Below are positions 26,001-35,193 of a DNA stretch of 49,395 bases, in pieces. Source of the stretch: a virus. Its lineage: Duplodnaviria > Caudoviricetes. How positions within the stretch are numbered: position 1 is the first letter of the stretch; every line of letters starts with the position of its first letter. The stretch covers positions 1 to 49,395 of the IMG/VR virus record IMGVR_UViG_3300033475_000038; one strand, given 5' to 3'. Both the position numbers and the translations under genes were made by a program. Under the pieces are notes generated by a model, which did no database searches, was not told the origin of the DNA, and saw only the letters and a list, made by a program, of their open reading frames with translations.

Positions 26001-29000
26001 CGGAAGCACATCGAGACCGAGAATCCGAGCGCCCAGGAGATTCAGCTCGAACAGACCGATGTGCAGGACGAATGGGTCGTCTACGATTCCGGCGGCGACG
26101 AGCGCGCGCGCGGCGACGATGAGCAGGAGGTCATGCGCGAGGCGGTCGAGCGCGATCGGCTCGGCGAGGACAGCCTAGAGGAGTTGTTCAACGACGTGCG
26201 CCGCGACCTCGACGACTACGCCGACGCCACGGCCGAATGGCGACGCGCGGAGAGTGAGCACTACTACCGCACCGAGGGCGACGCCTTCGACGAGGAGCAC
26301 AGTCAGATCAACACGCTCCAGGAGGAGATCTCGCGGCTGGAGGACATGCACGACGACGCGGTCGATTACCAGGCCGAGCAGGCCCGGCTCAACGATCAGA
26401 CCGAGCAGCGCCGTGCGCTCGAAGCGGCCGGACAGACGACGATGTTCCCCGAGGAGACGGGTCGCCCGCCGGGCGAACCAGTCGCCGTCGTCGAAGCGCC
26501 GCCCGAGGAGCAGCCCGAGCGCAACATCATCCCGCAGGTTCACGGGTCGCCGCAGTATGCGTCGTATCAGCGCATCGGCGGCGGCACGAACTATCGAGAG
26601 ATGTTGAATGTGTGGAGTAATAAGCCCGACGATCCGTACACGCAGGGGCATTACTCCGACTACTCGAACGTCGTCGGTCACGTCCGCGCCGAAGATCACA
26701 CGATCCAGGACACGCCCGATGTCTCCGGCTCGAAGATCGAGTTCCGCGAGGGCGAGCCCGAGGTGATCCGCACGACGAAGGCGCACGTCATCGAGAAGCG
26801 AAAGGATCGCGAGAAGCTGCTGGCGCAGATGGCCGACATCGCGCAGCAGTACGCGCAGCTCTCGGGCGACGAGGCGACGGGCGAGCGCGCGCACGAAATG
26901 GCGCGCAAGTACGAGCGGCTGAACCAGCAGGCGAACGACCTCTCGAATCGCGAGGACGAGCTGCTGGCGAAGCTGCGAAACCTCCAGGGCTCGCTACTGC
27001 ATCAAGACTCGCCGCCGCCGAAGAAGGTCGCGGTCATGATCGAGTCGCAGTCCGATTGGGCGCAGCAGGCGGGGAAGTACGGCGTGAAGGGACCGCCGCC
27101 AACGCCCGAACAGAAGGGCGCACTGCGCGTCGAGCTGGGTCGCCGTCAGCAAGAATGGCAGCAGGCGACGAGCGCGTTCAATCGCGCGCAGGACACGCAC
27201 GACGTGTCGGTGCGCGAGTTCATCGGCCTGATGAACAGCGAGCAGGGCACCGGCCCCGAAGGCTGGCGCGCGCAGTACCACGAGGCGGTGCGCGAGAAGA
27301 ATGCGGAGCACACGCTCGGGCGGCCCGACGAGACCGGGCGGCCGTACGATCACGCGATCCCCGGCACGGGCGACATTCTCAACCCGTACTACTCGCGCGA
27401 GTGGGCGCTGCTCGGCTCGATCGCGCCGGAGGTCCGCGAAGGGATCGACAAGCTGCGCGCCACGCGCCAGGCGCTCGACGATGCCAGTCTCGCCGACAGT
27501 CGTGCGCGCGAGCGACTGAGTGACGCCCAGGATGCCGTGCGCGAGATCGACAACGAGGGCGGCGGGCGCAACAAAGTCCCGGCGTCGCCGTACATCACGG
27601 GCGGCACCGAGAAGAACCCGGTCACTGGCCGCTACGACGCCGAGGGCGCGCAGGCGGTTCACCTCAACGCCGCGCGCTTCCTGATGGATGCGGCCGAGCG
27701 CGGCTACTCCGACATCGCCTGGAGTGACGCGGCGAACCGGGTGAAGAACGCCGGGCTCGGGATGGACGCGGCGCGCGTGAACTACGACGAGCAGACGCCG
27801 AGCGCGATGAAGAAGCTGCTCGGTGCGCTCGGGTTCAAGGACGTGCCGATGGACAAGATCTACATCAAGGGCAACGGCCACTGGCACATGGAGCTGACGC
27901 CCGAGATGCGGAAGGCGATCCGTCGCGCGGGGCTGCCGCTGCTCGGCGTGATGGCGATCGCGGGCTCGCCCGACGAGGCACAGGCGCAGGACGGCAAGGG
28001 CGGCTCCGGCGACGTTTACAAAACGCTCACGGGCGGGATCGCGGCCGGGGCGGCGCTCATGTACCTCGCGCAGCACCGGAAGGTGCGCCGGATCGTGAAG
28101 GAGAACCGGGCGCTGGAGCGCGCGCTCGACATGGACGAGCTGTCGGGGCTCGCGAACAAGCGCGCCTTCGCTCGCGCGCGCGACGGCGTCGATGCCGACG
28201 ACAAATACTCGTGGGCGGTGTTCGACGGCGATCGGTTCAAGAAGATGAACGATGTGCATGGACACGCCGAGGGCGACAAGGCGATCCAGCACTTCGGCCG
28301 CACGGTGATGACCACGGCGAAAGACATGGACATCCCGATGCGCGGCTTCCGGAACGGCGGCGACGAGATCGCGTTCGCCGTGCCGAAGGAGCACGCGGCC
28401 GAGTTCATCGAGCGCGTGGAGAAGGCGTCGAAGTACACGAAGGGCGACGTGACGACGCAGCTCACGGGCGGGCTGGGCGACACGTTCGAGAGCGCCGACG
28501 CGCAGCTCCTCGCGAACAAGCGCGCGAAGAAGGCGGCCGATGCGTCGCTGCTCCGCGAGGGCGAGACGGTGCCCGAGCTGCCGAGCGGCGCGAAGGTGCC
28601 CGCCCCGCCGAAGAAGATGACCGACACGGGCGGCGCGATCCTCTACTCGAACCCGGTCGGCCCGGCGCTCAAGGAGCTGGCGCGCTACCCGCAGGCGGCG
28701 GCGCTCGCCGGGGCCGCGACGCTGCTTGCGGATTCTGACAACAAAGATCTCAAACAGACCGCGATGCCGATCTACGCGCTCGCGGCCCTGTCGGCGATCG
28801 GCTCGCGGCGCATCGGCGCGGGGAAGGACTTCCTCGCGGACAAGCTGCTCCAGCAGCTCCGGAAGTCGAGCGAGGGCACGGCGGTCGCGCGGTTCTTTAA
28901 TCCCGACGCGCTGCTCCATCCCGAGGTGCGCGACGCGATTCTCCGGTACGAGAACGATCGGAGCCGCGCCGCCGCGCGCGGCCAGGAGTTCGCGAGCCAG

Positions 29001-31328
29001 GCGCGGAAGCTGGGCGGCGCGGGTGACCGGGCGGTCTCCGACGTGCTCGAAGGCGAGCAGTGGGAGGACACGTCGAACATGAGCGCGAAGGATCTCACGG
29101 CCGTGCTCACGTTCGCGTCGGCGCTCGACGCCGAGTACCAGGGCGCGGCGAAGGAACTGCTCGACACGAAGGCGCGCTCGCCGGAGGAGCTGCTGGCGGG
29201 CTACGCTGGCCCGCGCCGGTATGCGTACCACGAGGCCCAGGCCGCCCAGGCGGAGGGGAAGGCTCCGGGCGGGAAGGGCGGCGCGACGCGGATCTCGCAG
29301 CTCAAGACGCGCACGCTCGACGAGCCGATCCGCGCCGCCGAGGCCGCGCTCGCCGAAGCGAAGCAGGGCAACGACGCGAAGGCGATCCAGGACGCGCAGG
29401 ACAAACTCGACGAGGCACACGCCGTACAGCAGTCGCGCCGGGTCGAGCTGGGCGAGATTCGAGAATCCTCATATCGCGCCGCTCAAGGGATCGAGCGCGC
29501 ATACTCCGACGCCGCCGCCGCGCGTCTGTTCGGCGCGCTCAAGGATGTCCCTGGGGTCGTGCATCCCGAGTGGAAGTCGGCCGCCGACGATCTCCAGACG
29601 GCGAAGCAGATGCTCGCCGCCGCCAAGACGCCCGCCGATCGCGACGCGGCGAAGCAGCTCCGCGACGCCGCCATCGTGAAGATCAACGATCTCCGGCGGC
29701 AGTTCGATCGCGAGGGCGGTGACTTCGTGTCGCTCCCCGACTCGCGCTCGATGGGCCTCCTGCGCGGGGCCGTCGTGCAGCGCGACGTTGCCAACTCGAT
29801 CAACGGCGTCGCGAAGAAGGGCACGTACGCCAAGCTGCTCCGCGCCTGGAAGGAAGTGAAAACGGTGTTCAACCCCGGCACGCATCAGGGGAATATCCTC
29901 TCGAACATCGTGTTCTCGCACATGGAAGGGCTGCCGATGTGGGAACAGCCCGCCTACCTGAAGAAAGCAGCGGCCGATCTCCGGAGCTACGGCCCGGCGG
30001 CGCGCGCGCTTTCCGAGGCGGGCATCATGGACGTGAACGCCGTCAACGCAGAGAGCGAGGGCGTCGCCGCGCGCGAGATGCACACGCGCGAGGGCCTTGA
30101 GGGTTTACTCAAGACGACGCGGCCGGAGACGAAGTCCGTGCTCGAACAGCAGGGCATCACCGAAGCGGCGATGCGCGCGCGCGGCCGGAAGGCGGTCGCC
30201 AAGGGCGCGGCCGTGGGCGCGGCGCTCGGCGCGGCGAAGCTGGCCGACGACGAGAACCCCGAGGACTCCGCGCTCGGCGGTGCAGCGGGCGCGCTCGCGG
30301 GCGGGCTCATCGCGCGTCGCGGGCTCAAGAAGTCGATTCGAGGACTCTACTCGAACGAGGACAACATCTTCCGCGCCGCGATCTGGCTGAAGAAGGTGAA
30401 GGGCGGCATGACGCCGGAGCAGGCGACGGCGTACACGCGCGAGGCGCTGGGCAACTTCCGATCGCGCTCGCCCGCGCTGGCGATGGCGCGCTCGACCGTC
30501 GCGCCGTTCGTCCTCTATCCGGCGAAGGTGCTGCCCCGCTTCGCGAAGCAGGTCGTCGATCACCCCTGGCGCTATGCGTCGCTGATCGCGCTCTGGGGCG
30601 GGCTGAACGAGCTGTCGAAGCGCCAGGTCGGCGCGACGCAGGACTCGGATCTCCCGCCCGGCCAGCGCCGCGCGCTGGGCTACGCGCTGCCCGGCTTCAC
30701 GCAGCTCCCGTTCTCCAACGCGCGCGGCGAGAAGGCGGGCGTGGATGTCTCACGCTGGACGCCGGTCTCGGCCGCGACGACGGCAGCACCGCCGGGCTCG
30801 CTCCCGGCCAGCTTCGACGAACGCATCCCCGACGTGTTCAGAGCGGGCGGCCCGGTGGTGGATCTCGCGGCGCGCTTCGGCGCGAACGTGGACCCGTACA
30901 CCGGCAACCCCGCGTACGCTCGCGACTATCCGCCGCGCCAGAACATCGCGCACCTCCTGCGCGACGTGGCGGGTGTCGGACTCCCCAGCGCGCTCGACTT
31001 CCATGCCGAGCGCATCAAGGAGGATGTCCAAAACCGCGACACCGACAAGCTGAAGAACGATCTGCTTGGCCCGACCGGATTGCGGCCGAGGTTCATCCGC
31101 CCAGGCGCGAACCTCATGCAGAGCCGCAACATCCTGGAAAACTCCCTACGTGAAATGAAGCAAGATTTCCGACGCGCCATGATGGCGAACCAGAACGAGG
31201 CGCGTGTTCCCGTGTTGCGCGACCGTTACCTGCGCCAAGTGCAGCAGGCGCTCGATAACTTCCGACGCCGTGCGGGGATGGAGCCGCCCGCCGATCTCGT
31301 CCATGACGCTCTCTCCGGCGAACAATGA
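23031..31328 (+). CDS. Giant ejection/polyvalent protein (2765 aa) containing an acidic tract, an ESQSDW-type domain and a GGDEF domain
   Basis: Last structural gene before lysis; C-terminal KTVFNPGTHQGN, EDNIFR, VAPFV and NVDPYTG motifs of large injected proteins; GGDEI at 28356-28370. Confidence 0.8.
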   Translation: MPTPPLQLEDIFAEQGPGKKKPAAPESDAFDLESVFSPPPSQLDTAMKATPPAPTPAPRRGIFSAIHDFLGYHEAPQKPVEGPAPTPEQEAAGARAAGNKLIAGAAAPSATATPTQTYVKNRTGAVVPLNEQQQHDERLRQQMVSTEQANATPEHWREIAKRGMELGSQLHAEGKHEEANEVLRKAYNAQLLAQSTEKSDTFGNIVRSSALGIVKDPFAAEKRNIDEISQQGMTFSPEEQQRLLGVRGATTQRGFDITKDIAAPAVGQLPLLAAGGAVGRTATAILGAGLERAGAETIGQGLGRLARGIEVPEVAGPRIPTSLATEGGRVSTLGARISEEVQALRTQLPSIVGRGATEGQIVGGVATYREARQRGATPEQALAAVAEGIVPNAALGVTAETGLGLAGRAAGLGYDPIRRAFVPIADKIRGAAADVRDRFGGIVTPTDEREQVQLGPEPPSLEAKRGELAGNMDQLLAGRRQETQRSMEDVFAGQDTRPAGPEFWENIPPEQIPRETAGERIVGPRENVVEPPQGPLQRAPEGTLRTAQQIAMGEPVLQPHEEANAFHQMVRAQETARAETAARESAANEMLNHPDFRLERAAQERPGEQQGPLTLAQTLEGAARGAEQGEPLAQEYHQAINDYADAAAAIRDAGENGPSTKAQVALARARQALDAARTRYGKQFGASAVLALAASNSDLTDEEKKMVGLGGLAILSTDIVKHGEIPPERGFVSRLRQAIEDRTVFPKKWDEARPAADWIGKLSGSNAFSKKELELLRPRLEEAQQQKVKLTRASVAKMAEDVAPQIERITLGSGAGHRVGEVADLEGDANDIHDIDEFSEEEQRDPGYIQQQIANRQTQVTAHEEDIERQQSEAQEAMDDAERTQRRRLNELHETLDKYGLSHRVADDAIDYIHEHVEDEYVPRDTIDKAMAKIQDDLYDARPDDENVLKESGYKVKQEEREVYKATYTIDGVEHEEEFTLEPNETEADLRKHIETENPSAQEIQLEQTDVQDEWVVYDSGGDERARGDDEQEVMREAVERDRLGEDSLEELFNDVRRDLDDYADATAEWRRAESEHYYRTEGDAFDEEHSQINTLQEEISRLEDMHDDAVDYQAEQARLNDQTEQRRALEAAGQTTMFPEETGRPPGEPVAVVEAPPEEQPERNIIPQVHGSPQYASYQRIGGGTNYREMLNVWSNKPDDPYTQGHYSDYSNVVGHVRAEDHTIQDTPDVSGSKIEFREGEPEVIRTTKAHVIEKRKDREKLLAQMADIAQQYAQLSGDEATGERAHEMARKYERLNQQANDLSNREDELLAKLRNLQGSLLHQDSPPPKKVAVMIESQSDWAQQAGKYGVKGPPPTPEQKGALRVELGRRQQEWQQATSAFNRAQDTHDVSVREFIGLMNSEQGTGPEGWRAQYHEAVREKNAEHTLGRPDETGRPYDHAIPGTGDILNPYYSREWALLGSIAPEVREGIDKLRATRQALDDASLADSRARERLSDAQDAVREIDNEGGGRNKVPASPYITGGTEKNPVTGRYDAEGAQAVHLNAARFLMDAAERGYSDIAWSDAANRVKNAGLGMDAARVNYDEQTPSAMKKLLGALGFKDVPMDKIYIKGNGHWHMELTPEMRKAIRRAGLPLLGVMAIAGSPDEAQAQDGKGGSGDVYKTLTGGIAAGAALMYLAQHRKVRRIVKENRALERALDMDELSGLANKRAFARARDGVDADDKYSWAVFDGDRFKKMNDVHGHAEGDKAIQHFGRTVMTTAKDMDIPMRGFRNGGDEIAFAVPKEHAAEFIERVEKASKYTKGDVTTQLTGGLGDTFESADAQLLANKRAKKAADASLLREGETVPELPSGAKVPAPPKKMTDTGGAILYSNPVGPALKELARYPQAAALAGAATLLADSDNKDLKQTAMPIYALAALSAIGSRRIGAGKDFLADKLLQQLRKSSEGTAVARFFNPDALLHPEVRDAILRYENDRSRAAARGQEFASQARKLGGAGDRAVSDVLEGEQWEDTSNMSAKDLTAVLTFASALDAEYQGAAKELLDTKARSPEELLAGYAGPRRYAYHEAQAAQAEGKAPGGKGGATRISQLKTRTLDEPIRAAEAALAEAKQGNDAKAIQDAQDKLDEAHAVQQSRRVELGEIRESSYRAAQGIERAYSDAAAARLFGALKDVPGVVHPEWKSAADDLQTAKQMLAAAKTPADRDAAKQLRDAAIVKINDLRRQFDREGGDFVSLPDSRSMGLLRGAVVQRDVANSINGVAKKGTYAKLLRAWKEVKTVFNPGTHQGNILSNIVFSHMEGLPMWEQPAYLKKAAADLRSYGPAARALSEAGIMDVNAVNAESEGVAAREMHTREGLEGLLKTTRPETKSVLEQQGITEAAMRARGRKAVAKGAAVGAALGAAKLADDENPEDSALGGAAGALAGGLIARRGLKKSIRGLYSNEDNIFRAAIWLKKVKGGMTPEQATAYTREALGNFRSRSPALAMARSTVAPFVLYPAKVLPRFAKQVVDHPWRYASLIALWGGLNELSKRQVGATQDSDLPPGQRRALGYALPGFTQLPFSNARGEKAGVDVSRWTPVSAATTAAPPGSLPASFDERIPDVFRAGGPVVDLAARFGANVDPYTGNPAYARDYPPRQNIAHLLRDVAGVGLPSALDFHAERIKEDVQNRDTDKLKNDLLGPTGLRPRFIRPGANLMQSRNILENSLREMKQDFRRAMMANQNEARVPVLRDRYLRQVQQALDNFRRRAGMEPPADLVHDALSGEQ
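28134..28532 (+). other. GGDEF (diguanylate cyclase) domain within the giant protein
   Basis: DELSGLANKRAF ... VFDGDRFKKMNDVHGHAEGD ... FRNGGDEI ... ADAQLLANK, against canonical DPLTGL.NRR.F / D.D.FK..ND.YGH..GD / R.GGDEF / AD.ALY.AK. Confidence 0.9.
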
Positions 31329-31759
31329 TCCAGGCGCAGCAGCCTCTTTTCACGAACGATCCGGTTGGGTTCATCAAAATCGTTTCTCTCCTCGTCGGGA
31401 CGGTCCTGCTACCGCTAGCCGGACTCGTGGTCTACTTCCTGAAGCGAGGCGACGCTAGCGCACTCAACGCATTCGAGAAGGATCTGAATGGGCTAGGGTC
31501 GAGGGTGAAAGCTGTGGAGATCGAACAGGGAAAACTGGCGGAACAAATGGTTTCCATTTCGAGGGCTATGAGCGCCGATCACGAGGCCGTGCTCGGAGCT
31601 ATCCAACGCGCGAGCGAGCAGCAGATGCGGGCGACGCACGAGGTCGAAGTGCAGGTCGCCCGACTCGACGAGCGCAACAACATCGGCGACGCGCTCGCGA
31701 AGTTCGCGACCTCGATCGAGCGCCTAGTCGAGCTAGTCGTCACGCGAGGAGATCGCTGA
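31325..31759 (+). CDS. Membrane-anchored coiled-coil protein (lysis cassette; holin/antiholin-like)
   Basis: One N-terminal TM helix followed by a coiled coil; precedes the holin and endolysin. Confidence 0.6.
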   Translation: MIQAQQPLFTNDPVGFIKIVSLLVGTVLLPLAGLVVYFLKRGDASALNAFEKDLNGLGSRVKAVEIEQGKLAEQMVSISRAMSADHEAVLGAIQRASEQQMRATHEVEVQVARLDERNNIGDALAKFATSIERLVELVVTRGDR

Positions 31760-32094
31760 TGTGGAGCTGGATCGAGGACGTTCCGACGACGAACCTCCGC
31801 ATCGTCGTCTCCATCGGGCTGTCCGCGCTCTACGTGCTCGTCATGACGGTGGGGCTCGTGCTGGAGAAGCACATCGACCTGGAGGTGTCGGTCACGCTCG
31901 GCGGCTTCCTGCTCACGATGGGCGGGCTCGACGTGACGCAGTACATCCAGAAGCGCAAGACGCACATCCCCGGCGAAGCGCCCGATCCGCCGACCACGGC
32001 TGACGTGCCGCCCGTGCCGCCCGCCGCCCCTGTGCCCGATGCCGCGCCGCCGCCGCCGAAGGCGAGCCTGACGACGATCATCCGCGACGACTGA
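31759..32094 (+). CDS. Holin candidate
   Basis: Two TM helices with a basic, Pro-rich tail; directly upstream of the endolysin. Confidence 0.65.
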   Translation: MWSWIEDVPTTNLRIVVSIGLSALYVLVMTVGLVLEKHIDLEVSVTLGGFLLTMGGLDVTQYIQKRKTHIPGEAPDPPTTADVPPVPPAAPVPDAAPPPPKASLTTIIRDD

Positions 32095-32645
32095 TGAGCC
32101 TCTACACGCTCCCGGCCGAAGCCTGGCCCCGCGCGCTCGGCTGGCTGGTGCCGGGCGAGAACTGCACCGATCTTCAATTCAAGATCTGTCAACGCGCCTG
32201 GTGCGACCTCGGCATCCTCGAAGTGCCGAACGGCTCGAACCGAGGCACGCGCATCGACCGCTACACGCTGCGCTCCGGACTCAAGCCGCCGCAGTATTGG
32301 TGCGCGATTCTCGTCGGCGCGGTCTACGCCGACTGCGAGATCCCGGTGCCGGTCGATTATCCCTCGACGGACATGTGGCTGCCGTACATGCGCGAGGGCG
32401 GCGCGAAGGCGAAGTTCGAGGTCGGCGACGCGATCCTCTACGGCACGAAGAAGGATGCCAAGCACATCGGGATCGTCGTGCGCGTGCCGGAGCTGGGGCT
32501 CGGCCAGAAGTACACGCTCACCGTGGAGGGGAACCGTGGGTTCGCTGGCACGGACACGAATGACGGTCTGGGCGTTGGCCTTGGCCCTGTCACCCGCAAG
32601 GACATCCTCGGGTACGTCTCCCCTGCCGCTCTCGCCCTCGGATGA
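32094..32645 (+). CDS. CHAP-domain endolysin
   Basis: EVPNGSNRG, YWCA (catalytic Cys), HIGIV (His), TVEGN. Confidence 0.9.
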   Translation: MSLYTLPAEAWPRALGWLVPGENCTDLQFKICQRAWCDLGILEVPNGSNRGTRIDRYTLRSGLKPPQYWCAILVGAVYADCEIPVPVDYPSTDMWLPYMREGGAKAKFEVGDAILYGTKKDAKHIGIVVRVPELGLGQKYTLTVEGNRGFAGTDTNDGLGVGLGPVTRKDILGYVSPAALALG

Positions 32646-33256
32646 AGCGGGCGCTGACCCATCCCGTCGTTCTGTGGGTCGTGATCGTCGCGCTCGTGAT
32701 CTGGCCCCTGTTTCGATCGTCGCCCAAGCCGTTGATCGACGACAAGACGCGGGCCGAGGCGTCTGCCCTCCGCGCCTCGCGCGCACGCGATTCGACCACG
32801 ATCGACTCGCTCAGACGGTCTGCCGTCAGCTCGCAGGCGGCTACCGACCGCGCCGTGGCACGGGCGCGGGCCGTGGAGCGCGTCGCAGCGGTTGAGGGTA
32901 GGCGAGCTGACTCCCTCGCCCGATCGGCCGCTGTAAGCGATCCTGGGCCGAATCCGTGGAAGGACGCCTACGCGGCGCGCACGGCCGAGCGCGACAGCCT
33001 GCTCCGCTCGATCGCCGAGCGGGACAGTGCCGATGTAAAGTCCCACTTTACACTGACCGCCTTGACGGCGGCTCTCGACAGCTCCGAGCAGCGGCGGCAG
33101 CGCCTCGAAGATGTCAACACGCGGCTGTTGAAAGCCGTGGAAAAGGCCGAGCGCGGTTGCCGGATCGCGGTGTTGATCCCGTGTCCGAACCGCAAGCAGG
33201 CCCTCGTCGCTGGCGCGGCTGGCGGCGTCATCGCGACACTCCTCGCCCACCGCTAA
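32642..33256 (+). CDS. Spanin-like lysis accessory protein
   Basis: N-terminal TM helix, long Ala/Arg coiled coil and hydrophobic C-terminus; follows the endolysin. Confidence 0.6.
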   Translation: MKRALTHPVVLWVVIVALVIWPLFRSSPKPLIDDKTRAEASALRASRARDSTTIDSLRRSAVSSQAATDRAVARARAVERVAAVEGRRADSLARSAAVSDPGPNPWKDAYAARTAERDSLLRSIAERDSADVKSHFTLTALTAALDSSEQRRQRLEDVNTRLLKAVEKAERGCRIAVLIPCPNRKQALVAGAAGGVIATLLAHR

Positions 33257-33263
33257 GAAACTC

Positions 33264-33292
33264 TTGACGCACCCCCGGAGCGGGGTCATCTT
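33264..33292 (+). promoter_or_regulatory. Sigma70-like promoter of the recombination/replication operon
   Basis: TTGACG-N17-CATCTT; the spacer holds the dyad ACCCCCGGAGCGGGGT; GGAGG RBS downstream. Confidence 0.65.
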
Positions 33293-33330
33293 GAGCGGCG
33301 TTTCCCTTTTCACCAAAATGCGGAGGCATC

Positions 33331-34344
33331 ATGGAGGATCGCACGCAGTTCATCGGCGGCAGCGACGTGGCCGCCATCCTGGGGTTCAGTCCGTATCGGA
33401 CGAGGCTCCAGGTGTGGGAGGAGAAAGTCGGGCTCAGCCATCGCTTCGAGGCGAACGCGCACACGACGCGCGGCACGAAGCTCGAAGCCATCGCGGCGAA
33501 CGAGTACAGCGAGAAGTACGGGGTCGATCTGCGGCGCATGAACACGCGCGTCCGGCATCCGAGCTATCCGTTTCTCACGGCGCTCATCGACCGCCGAGTC
33601 GTCGGCCGCCGCGCGCTCGTCGAGCTGAAGTGCCCGTCGCTCGGCATGTACTCGAAGATGAAGCGCACCGGGCTCGGCGAGGATTACATCTGCCAGATGC
33701 ACCACTACCTGAACCTCATGGATTTCGACGAGGGGTTCTGGGGCGTGTTCTGCGCTGACCAGTGGGACATGATGCAGGTGCCGGTCACGCGCGACGAGAC
33801 GCTGGAACGCAGCATGACCGAGCGGCTGGTCGCGTTCTGGCAGAACCATGTGCTCACGAAGGTCGCGCCCGACGCGGAGAGCGGCGACGAGGAGCGCCTG
33901 GAGATCCGCCGCGCCGAGGGCGAGGTCGCGCTCTACGAGATGGACGGCGACCCCGCATTCTGCCGCGCCGCCGAGCTGCTGCGCGAGGCGCGCGCGATCC
34001 TCAAGGACTCGGAGCTGGTCGCCGAGGAAGCGAAGGCGCAGATCAAGGAGCTGATGGGCGAACGCGCGGGCGTGTACGTCGGCCCTGGCTTCCGGATCTC
34101 GCTCATCGCCATGAACGGCCGCGCATCGTTCGACGCGAAGGCGCTCGCCAACGCGAAGCCGCTCGATCGGCTCAAGGTCGGCGCGCTGCTTCAGCCGTTG
34201 TTCGATCGCGCCGCGCCGGGCAGCGAGTTCGAGGGCGTGGTCCAGGCGATCGGCCGCGATTGCGGGCTCGACCTCACGCCGTTCCAGAAGGTCGGCAAGC
34301 CGTTCACGCAGCTCCGGCCCACGTTCTCGGGTGAGGATCAGTGA
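33331..34344 (+). CDS. YqaJ-like viral recombinase/exonuclease
   Basis: FIGGSDVAAILGFSPY, RGTKLE, HPSYPFL.A.ID, ELKC, YICQMHHY. Confidence 0.92.
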   Translation: MEDRTQFIGGSDVAAILGFSPYRTRLQVWEEKVGLSHRFEANAHTTRGTKLEAIAANEYSEKYGVDLRRMNTRVRHPSYPFLTALIDRRVVGRRALVELKCPSLGMYSKMKRTGLGEDYICQMHHYLNLMDFDEGFWGVFCADQWDMMQVPVTRDETLERSMTERLVAFWQNHVLTKVAPDAESGDEERLEIRRAEGEVALYEMDGDPAFCRAAELLREARAILKDSELVAEEAKAQIKELMGERAGVYVGPGFRISLIAMNGRASFDAKALANAKPLDRLKVGALLQPLFDRAAPGSEFEGVVQAIGRDCGLDLTPFQKVGKPFTQLRPTFSGEDQ

Positions 34345-34964
34345 AAACTTCCCCGGAGACCGACAAGCTGCTGCCCGCGCTGATGAAGGCGCGGGCGGCG
34401 ATCTCGATCCTGCCGCTCGTCAAGGACGCGAAGGGCGAGCGGGCGAAGTATCTCAAGCTGGGTACGCTGCTCGCGGCGGTCGAGCCGGTGCTGTTCGAGC
34501 ACGACATCATGATCGTGCAGGGCGTCGGTGCGCCGATCCAGGACGGGCTGCTCATCGCGATCGACGTGCAGACGACGCTGCTCCACGTCAGCGGCCAGTG
34601 GATCTCGACCGGCGTGTTGATCCCCGTCGCCGGGCCGATGCTCAAAGGCGGCGAGAACCGGGGCGCGGTCTCCGCGCCGGACGGCGGGATCTCGATCTCC
34701 TACGGTCGCCGCTACGGGCTGATGGCGATCCTCTCGATCACGCCCGAGGACGACAACGACGGCGTCATCGCCACGTCAGCGCGGCGCGGCCGAGCGCGGG
34801 CGGTTGCAGTCGGCGTCGCCGAGCGCGCGACCAACTCGCGCACGGAGAGTCTGAAGCAGCGGCTCGCCGAGACCGGCCAGCGGAAGCTGGTGAAGATCGA
34901 GCAGTGCATGGACTGCGGCGCGAAGCAGGGGCAGCCGCACGAGGAGGGCTGCCCGAATGCCTGA
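34341..34964 (+). CDS. erf: ERF-family ssDNA annealing protein with C-terminal Cys knuckle
   Basis: KYLKL..L, TTLLHVSGQWI and GISISYGRRYGL.A...I..EDDNDG match the ERF signature. Confidence 0.88.
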   Translation: MKTSPETDKLLPALMKARAAISILPLVKDAKGERAKYLKLGTLLAAVEPVLFEHDIMIVQGVGAPIQDGLLIAIDVQTTLLHVSGQWISTGVLIPVAGPMLKGGENRGAVSAPDGGISISYGRRYGLMAILSITPEDDNDGVIATSARRGRARAVAVGVAERATNSRTESLKQRLAETGQRKLVKIEQCMDCGAKQGQPHEEGCPNA

Positions 34965-35193
34965 CAACATCGAGGAGCTGGTGCAGCGCAACGCGCGCGA
35001 GATCATGGACGAGGTGAAGCGCGCGATGCCCGCCCATTTCTCGCCGCGTGAGCGGCACGGCGTCACGGTCATGGCGCTCTCGCGGTTGAAGGAAGTCGCC
35101 GACACCGAGGGGCTGCGGCTCATGCCCCTCGATCGCGCGGCCGTCGTGATCGGCGTTGCGTGCTGGGAGCCGGGTCGTCGCTACGAGCTATGA
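34957..35193 (+). CDS. Hypothetical protein (78 aa)
   Basis: Overlapping starts and stops within the operon; GAGGAG upstream. Confidence 0.6.
   Translation: MPDNIEELVQRNAREIMDEVKRAMPAHFSPRERHGVTVMALSRLKEVADTEGLRLMPLDRAAVVIGVACWEPGRRYEL

Noticed and set aside
26994-29420. 808-aa minus-strand ORF and many other long antisense or alternate-frame ORFs
   Set aside because: They are R/A/V/L-rich shadow frames expected at high GC opposite well-supported genes, with no motifs or RBS.
23031-31328. Tape measure protein or virion RNA polymerase
   Set aside because: No tail tube, sheath or tail chaperone genes were recognised and no RNAP catalytic motifs were seen. The context fits an ejection protein.
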